The position numbers were made by a program, and so were the translations under genes. A stretch of 64,000 nucleotides of DNA from positions 124,001 through 188,000 of the forward strand of contig MCFE01000054.1 of the NCBI GenBank assembly GCA_002104905.1. Direction: 5' to 3'. How positions within the stretch are numbered: position 1 is the stretch's first letter; every line of letters starts with the position of its first letter. Below are positions 23,260 through 35,395 of the stretch, piece by piece. The notes below the pieces were generated by a model. The model was not told the origin of the DNA and made no database searches. It was given only the letters and a program-made list of their open reading frames with translations. The DNA is from Basidiobolus meristosporus CBS 931.73 (Eukaryota; Fungi; Basidiobolomycota).

Positions 23260-24500
23260 TTCCCTCAAAGAGAACAAATAGAAGTCAGCATGCAGTTGCA
23301 GCAAAGTTGGCAAGCTATAAGCCATTGGCCAGAATATAGAATTATTTGGAAGCTGGAGACACTCAAGGTAAAGGGTATCTGATGGAGCAAAAGCTTTCCA
23401 CTGGGTGTAATGCATTTGCTTTTCAACAACATCTCTATACTAATGACCAAATTGTACATGGGGCATTTCAGCCTTAATGAGCCCTTTGAGATACTGGAGA
23501 AGTTTGTAAGAATTGGCAAGGTATTTCAGAGTTCTTGCTACCCTAAGTACTTCTCACAGGCTCCAATCAAGATTCATACACATATGCAACAATACATATG
23601 CAAGGACTGGATGAACTGGATAAGTATTTATTCAAGTGGCCTTCTGAAGCCATTTCTCCCAAGAGTGCATTGAAAGCACTGGGAGTCATATGTGGACATT
23701 GTAGTAATATTTATCTAGAAGCAGATCACCAATGCCAACTTGGCACATCTATAGCTTTTGTGCAAAGAGTTTGTGACAGGATTTGAGCAGCATACTACAA
23801 ACATAAAGCTAAATGCATAGATCTCTGCCACTACTGTATCCATTTGCTACTCTATCTTGCTTGGTATGTTGAGAATATTGGACCTTGCTTCACCTTTTAG
23901 GAGTTTCCTATGGAGCAGATGTGCATGGAGATAGGAAGACAAGTCAAGTTGCAGGTACTACCATATCCCAATCTCATCAAGAATATTACTTTCAAGTCCA
24001 TCATGGATGTGATGACTTGGCACATGGAGGACAGCCAGGAAGAGTTGGAAAATACTGAGGACAGATGTGCACATGGAGACACCTATACCTATGACCTTAA
24101 AAAGTTAAGCAGCCCCAATGCATTGGTAATCAGTTAAGTAATGCAAAGTTGGGTTAGGTGCAACAAGCAACTAATTTTTATTAGGAAAACTCTGCCAAAG
24201 TATGCCAGGCTTCTCTTGGTCACAAGCCAGTTTCAATACTATTCCATATGGAATTCACATAAACAAGAGCCAGAGTGCACCTATAAGAGAAACTAGAATC
24301 CAGCAGGGAGAAGGATTATATTGGCTAAATACCAAAAAGTTGTTTATGGATATTCAGGAGGCATTCATGGCAGAAGTGGTGGCAACCGAGCATATGTTTG
24401 CAAGATGTATATGTTACCAGCAATACAAGGTATATGGCAACTTTGCAAGTATCACACTAAAAAGCTGTAAAGTTGAGATAATAGAAGCATGACAATTGCA
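23260..24500 (+). pseudogene. Decayed CMC/EnSpm (CACTA) transposase relic
   Basis: Manual translation across stops and frameshifts: SFPLGVMHLLFNNISILMTKLYMGHF ... KDWMNWISIYSSGLLKPFLP ... CIHLLLYLAWYVENIGPCFTF*EFPMEQMCMEIGRQVKLQVLPYPNLIKNI ... KYARLLL. This matches the MH...HxLxH..GP..WxFPMER layout of fungal EnSpm transposases. Confidence 0.7.
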
Positions 24501-24612
24501 GCAGGTGTGTGCATTTGTAGAGGTTGGTAAGCAGGAGGCCATAGTATTTTTTGATTGAACTATATGTGGAATACTCAAGGTAGTAGTGTGTAAGCAAATA
24601 AAGAGGGTGATT

Positions 24613-25560
24613 CTAGAGTGGAATATATGAATTGCACCAGGGAAGGTACCAAAAGGAAATACCATTTGTTAAATTGATATGGTAGCATTGCACAGAGCTG
24701 GCTGTAGGTTGCCATACTGCTATAATAGTGCCATCAAAGGCTTGCAATGAGGCGGTCAAAACACCATCAAGTTTTTTGCCATATAAGGCAATTTTATGTG
24801 CTGGCCAGTTAGATCCACTCAAATAGTTGTTAACCACTCCAAGACTGTAGCAATGCCATGCCACTCTTAGCAATACACCATACAAACACTGGTATGTTTT
24901 TTAGTTCTATTTGGCTGTAAAATTAGCCAAATGCCATTTTGATGCTGTCATAAGAATGTGTAGATAGTCATTAATTCCAAGCTGCCAGTATTTCAGTGGT
25001 CTTCTCATGTGATTTTGATGGCTGATCCAGATTGGATCCACCTGTGGGGCCAAATTATTCTTCATAGTGGATGTGATTGCATTGAATTGCTGTCATTTAT
25101 CACAATGCATTTTTTTGTAATCCAAATTGAGCCATTGCAAACCAGTGATCACTGAATTTTTGATATAAGCAATATCAACACCATCTCATTCTTGAGACAG
25201 AATTCCTATGAATAAACACCTTGAATACTGATACATCATCTGTAACACCAGTACAGCTATTTGATCTGTTTTGCACCTACCCAAATAGTTGGGTACCAGC
25301 TATGATAGCTTGTCTAATCACTGAAATCAGCAAGTTGCTTGCTAAATGGGCAAAATGGGATATTTGATGGTATATCAGGTAGCTGGTGTATGATCAATGA
25401 GCCAATTGGGGGCTCACAGCTCCAGGTTACTTTTAGATCAACCAACCTCTGACATACTGTCCAATTGGAGTCATGGTAACCAAAGTGGTAAGTATCAGTG
25501 TAGTTTATAGTGTGATATGCATATATTTCCATTTACATTAAAGAAACCTATCCAAATACA
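24613..25560 (-). pseudogene. Decayed long reading frame of unknown, probably TE, origin
   Basis: One frame of about 310 codons with scattered TGA/TAG/TAA stops and no recognised motif, in CpG-depleted sequence. Confidence 0.3.
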
Positions 25561-25739
25561 AGATTTACCTACCATACTAGTGGTATCCAATTGCTAATGT
25601 GATGCAAACATTACAAGTTGGAGCAATTGTCTGTGCCAATCCCATTGTGTTAGATTGTGCCATAGTTTGGAAGATTGTCCCCGTAGTGCAAAATTGTCTA
25701 AGAGCAATCCTGCCAACTGGTAGCTACAACATCATGCCT

Positions 25740-25950
25740 AATTATCCAGCTGGTGCTTTCCATCAGAATTTCAGTTGCTAATTGTGGTGGATATATGAAG
25801 TAGTGTGTGACTAAACCTGGCATGAATGTTATTTAGCCTAGTCTTCTCCTACAAAATATGTCTTGTTGTCTGGCAAATAGCTAGCAGCCAAGATACTGAT
25901 AGTTGCAAGTTTTGTGTGACCTGGAATTCTGCTGATACTATTTGTGCACA
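25740..25950 (-). repeat. Partial copy of the ~275-bp CCCT-ended repeat family
   Basis: Reverse complement aligns to 38390-38560 and 41402-41585 (atcagcagaattcc...cagacaacaagacatattttgtaggagaagactagg). Confidence 0.55.
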
Positions 25951-26042
25951 TTCATGGGTAATTAGATACTTTATCAACAATAACTATTTACTAGCTCTGC
26001 AAGTGATATTTAATCCATGGTGAAGTTGTGTAATGGTGCTTG

Positions 26043-26305
26043 CCGTAAGAAAAAAATATAAGTAAAGGATAGCAGAATACCATCATCAAATCAGCTGAAC
26101 ATCAACTTTTCCAAAAGTTACAACTCTCATCATCTGAGGTACTAACATCACAGCAGACAAGTAGACATTTTTTTCCAGGGGGGAGACTATGCTAAATAGC
26201 TTTCATGACATATTTGGTAATCAGATACTCATTGCTTCTGCCACAAATTGCAAATGAAATTTGAAGTGGAAACACCAGTTGAACACCAGCTAAGAATCCA
26301 ATAAC
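26043..26305 (+). repeat. Copy of the ~275-bp CCCT-ended repeat family
   Basis: aaaggatagcagaataccatcat...caactttt.ccaaaagt...cagacaag...tttggtaatcag...aacaccag is shared with 38351-38625. Confidence 0.7.
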
Positions 26306-29300
26306 TGAATTATATCTATGTTGGTATCTATAAACTCTATACACCCATACTCTACTCAGTATAGACAAAAGTATTACTGCTTGAGAATAGTGGCCAAGTG
26401 GCAAACATCCAGTATGGCACTATTTGCTAGCAAATGATAATAATTGTATCCTACTAGTAAATTTATAAGAATGATGATATGAATTATCTAGTGCGACAGG
26501 TAAATCATCAATGTGATAGAAATCCGAATGACCTCCCATAATCAACACCAATTATGAGAGAAAGTCCACAATCTCAATGATAACGTGTGTAGTCGTATGA
26601 CCATAGCCCAGCAAGATTTAGAAATACTGTGGAAAGGCTCGAGGCCACTTGCTAGAATGTGGTACTGGGGCAGCCGTTGCTTAGTAGTCCTGAAGACATT
26701 TAGCCTGGTCTCAGTCATCCCCATGATATGTGAAACTGCGTTTCAATGATAAATGAAGTTTCACGATTTTTGCCAAGAATTCCAAGTTCCCTGAGCAATA
26801 AATAATCTCCGCCATCAATTCCACCCCATATGGTGAAAGCAATGCAGGATTTTTCAAATACCGATATCTGAGAATTCGATAGTTTCTTATCCAGGTGTGC
26901 CGTGAGTGCATGTGCATGTCGAAGCCTAGGTGGCTAATACAAAAGACGCAACTGCTGAGCCATAGAATCCGGACCATTCTAGAGGCAATATCTGAGCCTA
27001 TTGCTTCGGCCACTATTCTTTCGAGGATACATTCATCGCTGAATTATAGACAGGACTTCTACTAGGCACCCTCACCAACGGCGTGGATTGATCCATCAAC
27101 ATGATTTCTGATCAGGGCTTGTCCTACATATCATCCTAACCAACCTTAAATGACTGAAATTCCTGCTGGCGTCATGATGTGTTGGTAGGGACTTGCTATA
27201 TATAGTATCCGCTGGTGACCATTCACCACTCATTGTTGTGTCTAACCAAAAAATCGACATGTTGCTACTCTATGTGCCACGGTTTCGACACAAGGATATT
27301 TGTATGATGAGTGACAGCATGTAATAATCCCTTCATATGAAGGGCCACATTAAATGTTACTCATCCAGACTTGGCCAAGCTTCACCTGATTTCAACTGCT
27401 GAGTGTTGATAAGCACGCGTATCTAGAAGCGCATAAGGATACAGATTGATGTCAGATGGCTTATTGAATGTGGTAGCTCTCCCGGTTACTCCAATTTGTC
27501 ACTTAAGCGCAATCTGGCCATTTCGGCGCCGCAACTATATTTGTGGAGCTAGCAATCCGAAAACAGTCTAGCAATGCGACTGAATGTGGTAGCTGTCTGT
27601 TGTGCAAAATCGCTGTACAAGGCTTGGAGGTATTGTGGCAAGGTCCTACTTGAGGAACCATTAAACGGGTGGTTTGGTGAGCAGTCTTTCATTAAAGACT
27701 ATTGTTTTTTGCGGCACAAAGCCTGCTTGGGGATGAACAACTCAGCATCGATGGATACAAACATCGTGGAGTTGATGGCTGGATGATTGGATATGTTGAA
27801 TTCATCAGCCCGTACATGTCGATTCACCATGAATTGAGAACCACTACAATAGTGTGCAATTGAAACAAACCATCCCCGTAGTGATCATTCAAACAACTTT
27901 CTCTCTATTAAGATTGTTGTTGAAATGGGCTTCGAATCAACAGCCTAACGACCAGCCCAACCAGTTCATCCCCTGAGGCGTTCCTCAGAATCAAGGTGCC
28001 TATACACCTCATGTGCTGTACGTTTTTATCTACAGACTCAACGAACTAAACAGTCGCCTTCCTTTTTCGATGACCACCTGGGGAGGAGATTTTCTCTCCC
28101 GGCCTATAATATGACCAATGGAGCTGCCAAGGGATCCACAGCTTCCACATTGATTAATCAAAATATCAACCCAAAATAATTTAGCAGACGTGCAATCAAT
28201 TAGAGTCCCTATCAGTTACAGGAAACCGCAACATTGTCCGATCATTAATCCTGAATACATTTCTCCCTGTAGGCACTTAATTGGTATTCATCCAACTATT
28301 AGATTGGCTCATCAACATAAATGATACACTAATCAAATTAAACAAGTATCCTCCTCAAATAGCATGATTCTCCTTTAGGGCTTGTATGTTGTCCTCCTCG
28401 ATTTAGGGAATATGCCTCGAAAATAGAAATTGGGAAACTGATTTGTGTACTCAATCAATCCTCATTGATGAGTTTATGCCAAACAGATTACCTGTTTACC
28501 ACAATGATTATCAGTTGGTCCAAGCTGAGGCTGGTGCATCGATCTTGCTAATCGCAGATTTTGTTGACAAAATGAGCATCGAAGCCACCATTTGTATCAC
28601 ACCGCGGCGCTTGGGTATGCACCTTCTAGAGCCATTGGGCCACTAGGATACAGGTATCATCTAACTCCTCCCATTGAAAATATGGCGTACTGAGCGAGTT
28701 CTCCCCCAGTTACACCGAAAATGGTTGGCGGAAGGTCTATACCGATGTTGTCTGCAGGCAGATCAACTCCGGCTCTCCCGACAAGTGGACGCCCTTGCTG
28801 AGTGGTGAATGCGCTGAGTTTGGCCAGAAAACACGTGTTGGATTCGTGAGCCATCGACAGTGGTTTCTTGGCGCTTGACTATTTGTCCTACTCCTCATCA
28901 TACTCGCACGTTGTGCCATCGGATGTCGGGAAGAAAGGGGATTTGAAAAAGGAAATTGCGAGACCATCCCATTAGATCTTCGGAGATTTTAGCTGAAAAT
29001 AAGGCAAGTGCTTCGTTCCTAGAATTGGGCCCCATTCAGCGTGAGCTAAGTGGGTTGGGGCTGGTGGCCTAATCAATGTACTCATATGGCTATGCTGGCT
29101 CAGCCTTTACTAAAATTGATTGTTGATCTCATAGTGTCACCAATGTTTCGTGAAGCTGGAACTCAACCTGTTCCCAAGGACTTTTATTGAACTGAGGTGC
29201 AGAAGGAAATCTGAAATATAATCTATGAATCCAGTTCATAAATCAAGTGTGTAACATTGCTACTAGTTCGATGGGTTGGGTGTTGACGATTAGTCAGTCA

Positions 29301-29399
29301 AAATTGGATTTGGTTTTACAAATTGTGGCAGCTGGAATTGGCACCGTGAATTATATGTACAAGTTAGGAGGAACCAGTAGTAGATCATACCATAATCGA

Positions 29400-29969
29400 T
29401 CATATCGTATTTACCCGTGGAATATATTCTCCTGTCCATTGCACGGGCGAATGCAAGTATGCTATGGCATCAGTACCGTAGACAGGGTCGATGTATTCAT
29501 GGAGAGTCATTTGGCACACTAACAGGTAGTACTGTTGATTTTGGGTGTCGATAAGAGTCTTCCAGCGACGAAATTCTGCCTCTGATACGTGCAACTGATA
29601 CTGGATGCATGAGAGGAACTCCCGCTCCATAACGCCAATCTCATAGGAATCCAGTCCTGTGATGACTGACCAAGTGCGGTTGTTAAACGGCCTGTCTTCG
29701 AGGTACTTACTCGCAAGAAGAAGCGCAACTGCGAAAATGCGCACCTCAGAGCCCCTGCCTCCACTGAGGCGAGGACAGTATTGCTTTAGACGCTGAAGGT
29801 ACATTAAGGCTAAGTAGATGTTTGATGGGGAGCTGTCGCACCAAGAGAGAACGCGCTCGCAAAATGCCACCAGCATAGTAGTATCAACGCCTGCATTGCC
29901 ATACCACAACCTGGTAACAAGGGAAGAAACGAACTTCGAGGATAAGGGGTGGATGTATGTATTTATCAT
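29400..29969 (-). CDS. PHO85-type cyclin (Pcl/Clg1-like cyclin box), single exon
   Basis: IYLALMYLQRLK...VRIFAVALLLASKYLEDRPFNNRTWSVITGL...EIGVMEREFLSCIQYQLHVS. Confidence 0.85.
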   Translation of the reverse strand: MINTYIHPLSSKFVSSLVTRLWYGNAGVDTTMLVAFCERVLSWCDSSPSNIYLALMYLQRLKQYCPRLSGGRGSEVRIFAVALLLASKYLEDRPFNNRTWSVITGLDSYEIGVMEREFLSCIQYQLHVSEAEFRRWKTLIDTQNQQYYLLVCQMTLHEYIDPVYGTDAIAYLHSPVQWTGEYIPRVNTI

Positions 29970-32799
29970 GTCAGTACTATGAGTACAGCTCCAGTGTTCG
30001 ATGAATTCAGCAGCCGACGGGGATTGTCATCATTTTATAGGATTCTCTGGATGGGACTGAAAGCGTGCTATTCATTAACAATGTTCTTGGGTATACTATA
30101 ATATACTACCGAATTCGATCGTGCTGATACGGCTATTCATTGGCCTCTCTATCGTTGGTGGGCTAAATGAAATCTTCTGGGATTCGGGTCAACCTATTTG
30201 TCCCACTTAAAAAAATATTGAATCAATTTGGAGCGTCGCCAGCGTATTTCCGACGATGCTATAATAAATTGCTTTCATATTTTTAGAATTATTCTTAGTC
30301 ACTCCTTGATTGAATTGGAATACTCAGGTAGCATGGAGTAACTCGGGTCCATCCCACCGGACATTTAACAAAGTTGCTGATAATACGTCCCTTTTGGAAA
30401 GTACGTTGCACAATAGCTGCTACATGTGGATGTCATTTGAATTGACTCCATTCATTAGGAGTTCAAAGCGTCGGCAATGGCGGTACTGGATCCTAGCATA
30501 GTGATTGATAATCAGTCCGGAATTGTCAGTTGGCTGAGGTTGGATTCCAGGGTTGAAGTGGCGCTTCGAATCTATTTTTCACAAATGCTATTTTAGCAAA
30601 CATAATAGGAATGACGGCTGAGTGCTTACACATGTTCAAATGGTTGTGGTTGTTGTTACCCCCAGTGGACGTATTTTCTCATATAGAACACCTCTGCCTA
30701 ACCAAGCCACCTATTATGGTATTACATATGTGGGCTTAGGCTTGATGCGCCTGCCTGCCTAAGAACTTCAGCTTGTCAAATCGACCATCCATGAATTTGC
30801 TTTAGTATTAATGCGTTTCATCTAATATCAAGCCCACAGTTGAACTGCATGTTTGACAAGTAAGAGATGGTCATATTGCATCATAGCGCTACCATTCATA
30901 CAGCAGCGAGGTAGGGGCAATGTGCAATTATTGAGTGCATTATTTTGGGCTCTTTGTCTACTTAACGCACTTGATGGTACATGTATTGCTCCCCAAAATA
31001 CATGTAGGATGGCCGATGTCCAGATGTATGTCTCTGTATACACTCTCCGGCACTGAATGTCAATTTATTCATGTGCAACTTGGTACGAGTATGAACAACC
31101 TGAATGTTCATGTACAAACGAAATTATATTACCTGATCATCTGGCAATCTGTCCCTCAGATACAAATAGTAAACATCAGCCAATTGGCTACATCAACATT
31201 CGGCTACCAGTACTGGGTGAGGGCTTCCAATCCCACTAACTGGATGTGAATCATTGTGGAAGTGTAATTAATGTTTAACAACTTAAATTTAGATGAATTC
31301 CATACATTCGAGTCAATTAGTGGCTCCTTATGGCAAATTTGTATTGGAATCCGGGTTTGATCTAATTAATGAGTGGCTTCTAACTAGGCCCAAGATTTTC
31401 AGCAGATTGTCTCCAACTATATTCGATGCAAATACTTTGGCAACAATAGGGATTTTCAATGGTAGGATTAGATGAGGTTGGGCTGGGTTGGATTAGGTGA
31501 GGTTGATGGCGTGGCATACTACACTTAGAATCAAGTACTCAAAAATAATCTGGTGGGGGATTGTAGATATACTTAACTCTATGGTATATTTTACACATAT
31601 TGAATAAAATGGGTCAAAAAGTGAATGAATGCTAAGCTAATTTCCTAGGTATGCATGGGAGAGTTCTAATGTATGTTGCAAAGTGTTGCTTCTTGCAGTC
31701 AAATAGGAGGGTAAGGTGTGAAGTATCTACTCATGGTTCATTTACTACCATGCATAGATGAGGTGTAGAAATGGCAATGACACTAGAAGTTCCCCAGGCA
31801 GGACAAGCAGCTTCAGTTGACATCAGACTGCAACAGTCGGTGTTATCAGGTTTTACTTTGGAGTTGACTTGCTATGGTTCAAGAGCAGTGTTGAAGTTGT
31901 TTGAGAACAATTGCTTTCTTAAACCGAATATGCTACCTCATTAAATATCTGTTGGCCACCTGGGTGAAACTCAGTTGCTATGCTTTTCCCATCCGTCACT
32001 TATCGTCAATTGCCTTCCGTATGATTCAATTTGCTGTGGTCTTTTCTGGACCATGCTGTTACGACTCGGCAAACCGTTCATTCGTTATCGATTTTCAAAG
32101 CAGAGTATTAGCCAGTCATCGAATACTCGATGTACATCCACGTCTGCAACCCTGCGCCATATTTTGATTGTTGTTTACTGGTGCCTACTCATCTGTGCAC
32201 AACTTTTCGGAATTGGGCACGCACGCTCGTATGTGCTATTTTGTGGCCTTCGTAGACAGTGTGATCACTACTCAGCCTATCCCACATGAGTTCGCAACTG
32301 AAAATGCTGTCTAACCAGCCACCACGTTCCCCTTATTCTAGGTTCAGATCATTTCGATCAGTATATCGGGCTCAGTGGCGAACGATTGAAAACAATACTG
32401 GGCCTGCAAAATAGCCCCACATCGCACGAATGTTGCGGATCGGCATGACATTGCACTCACTTTTTAGGATTCATTTCTCATTTGAAATAGCCAAGAAATC
32501 GAGTGATTCTAAAATTATCACTCGGCTATCTCTAGAACGCCGAAAAACCGACCATCCTGCTTGAATGTGTGCCTTAGACTCCTCATCACACTATTGGAGA
32601 AGGCCCAATCTCTTTCGGTGACTGGCTTCTATGCGGAATCCGCTACAAAATAGCTAAAGTTGAATCAGCTCCGACTCGCATTAGCTTTCTGCTGATCTAA
32701 GAGGCTCTTGGCTAGTGTTTGTGCCAGCCGTTTCCATACCACCCAACCCAGTATTGGTGAAGATTCCATAATAGCCTAATCAATGAGAATCCATGATAT

Positions 32800-33720
32800 A
32801 TTTTCTCTTGATTTCTATTTGCTGACAATTATAGTCACATCCATATGAGGAATATCTCCAAAGGTTGGGCAACACGAATAAATGTTAGCCGTCTCCTATC
32901 AACCACGGCAAAAAGCTATTTCCAAAACCAATCCTAGGCAGCTTCGCCTTGATTTGATAAAATGAAGGGTCTAGGTGTCTGTTGAGGTATAGCTCGTCAG
33001 TCAGATGCCAGGTTTCCATTCTTACTGATACAGCATCACCATAGAGAAATTCGACATTTTGGCTCTATATGTTGCTCGCTGAAGAGCCCTTAAACGATGT
33101 GACTCTGCATTCCTGGAGTCCACCCAACCAAGTCAATAGTTGCTCGTATTTGGTGATAGTAAGATGGAATCGAGCCATTTGTCTATTCGAACTGATCACT
33201 CTTGGACAAATAGTACACAATGATCCTGGAATTACCTAATGCAATCAAATGATGTTCCATATTCTTCATCTTGAGCCCCAGCTGCTAATCTGATGCTATG
33301 GATGGCTCATCCGACCTTGATCCCCTGGTCATGTTTCCAAGGCCCTAAGCATCTTTACCGAATCCATTCGGGTGCCAGCTAGGTTCAACTGATGATCATA
33401 GAGTGGTCCCAAATATTCTGAATACATCATTATTCCTTAATCAGCATCTGAGAAGTGCCTTGAATGATTGGACAATCACATTGAATAGATATTTATTTTG
33501 ATGGTTTTGTAAAGGGAAATACAGTGATTCATATCATTGGTTCTCTCCTGGAAGCGTACCAATGAAGTGCTGTTGCATATACAAAGATGAATTCATTACT
33601 TTATTGACCGTCACCCAGAAGCTCCACCTCGCTTATGGCTGCACCCTGAGTTACCGTTCAAGTCGATTCGTCTGTGTCTACATCAAACATAAAGCCCCTT
33701 GCTTCACTCCTGCCCTGCCA
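32800..33720 (-). pseudogene. Possible decayed fungal-specific (Zn2Cys6-type) transcription factor, middle homology region
   Basis: Motif-level only, interrupted by stops: ARWSFWVTVNKVMNSS...LPG, SVRIDKWLDSILLSP, SRRSCLGLVLEIA. Confidence 0.3.
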
Positions 33721-34098
33721 TCGGGTGTTGTACTCAGTGGAATAAGAGCTGGTGATTGATATCAATTAAAAGTAATTGGAAACGACGGATCTAAGATTAG
33801 TTCTATGTTGCACTTTACCTAAACGAAACTGGATATGATCTAATTTGATACATTTCCAGCAGGTGACCAATTGCTAGTGATCATTTTTATCATACCTCAT
33901 TGAATGATTGGCCCAATAAACATCGAGAGCACTGCAAAAAGACTGCTTAAAAACGACTAATTTATATCGTATTGTATCGGCTTTCCTTGGTGTATATATA
34001 ACCTTACCTAGCCCCGGCTTGCTAGTGAATTATTTATTGTTGGCTCTTTCTCACTCAACTTGATAACTTATTTTTTGCTACAACGTGTTACGCAAACA

Positions 34099-35395
34099 AT
34101 GGCTGTAGAGCAGAGAGTCAAACCAAATCGTTGGGAACAGTTTGCACGTTTATTTCGAGGCTCAGAAAACGTTAAACCAAACCTGCGAGATCGCTGGAAA
34201 GAATTCCTTTCCCGAAAGAATACTACGAATAGGAGAGTGTCAAGCGAAGAAGGAGGTAAGTGTGTTCGGAATGTCACGAATCCTTGAATTTGCAGTTAAG
34301 TTGGCTCTTTTAGGCTACGAGCCTCTGTTTGGTGTTTCGCTGAATGCCTCCTCGAAGTATGCAACTACTGTAGTGAATATCGGACGACACGGAAATTATG
34401 TGAACTGCTCAGTACCCACTGTCGTTGCTGAATGCGGCTCGTTCCTTAAGAATAATGGTAATGTTTGTGAGGAGATAGTCCCTGGTGCCTCCTATTGTTA
34501 ACACTGGTGTCAATTGTACCAGGTATCAGCACCACAGGGGTTTTTCGAATCAATGGTTCCGCCAAGCGTGTTCGACAACTGCAAGAGATATTTAACACCG
34601 GGCCCCTGTATGGCCGAGATACTTCATTGGACGATTTCACTGTTCACGACGTTGCCAATTTACTTCGACGATATCTCAACTGTCTACCAGAACCGGTAAT
34701 TTCGCCACATCTCTATTTTCTCTTCCGTAAAGCGTACGGTAAGTCAGACTCAATTCAGTACACTGAGGATGCACGTCACTTACATCCCACCATCTACAGA
34801 CGAGAATGCAAGCAACGGAGAAATGCAAATCCTGGTATTCCAGAACCTTCTCTCTTACTTACCAAGACCAAACCAAGTACTTCTCCTGTACTTGTTAAAT
34901 TTACTGGGGTATTTCGCAGAACACCAGGAAACCACCCTGATGGATGTTGGGAATCTCGCAACCATATTCCAACCCTCTATCTTAGCGCACCCCTCTCACA
35001 TTCTTCAACCAATCGAGTATCGACATTCTTCACTGGTCGTCAAAAGTTTGATAGAGCTTTCCAACCACTTGAAAATTCCGCCATATCACGATATTCCTCT
35101 ACCACTGCAGCCAATTATCGAATACGATTACAGCCAAAAAATCACCAAAGAGAGAAAAATCGAAATTTTAGGGTTGAACCCGCTACCGAGACCCCCCATA
35201 GATCAGCTATCACGCTCGCTCTCCCTAGGCAAGCGGAAGTACATCCGGAAACCAAATCTAATGAGGTCTGATTCCCAGAAATTCCTTCAGAAAATCCAGG
35301 AATCAGAAGACTCGTATCAACTCCGGATGGTAAATGTACGACGAAGCGCAACCCTTCCAGGGAAGCAGCGCAGGTTGGGGCAGGAGCATCCATGA
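34099..35395 (+). CDS. RhoGAP-domain protein (Sac7/Bag7/Rga5-like), 4 exons
   Basis: LFGVSL...VPTVVAECGSFLK|GISTTGVFRINGSAKR (arginine finger), VHDVANLLRRYLNCLPEPVI, LMDVGNLATIFQPSIL; GT-AG introns. Confidence 0.88.

Noticed and set aside
5468-29969. SPX-RING ligase plus PHO85-type cyclin as a phosphate-regulation cluster
   Set aside because: They are 22 kb apart with unrelated genes between; both are ordinary conserved genes.
30853-31239. Two same-frame ORFs separated by one TGA (selenoprotein or readthrough candidate)
   Set aside because: No redox CxxU-like context, no similarity to known selenoproteins, no SECIS recognised; most likely chance or a CGA-to-TGA change.
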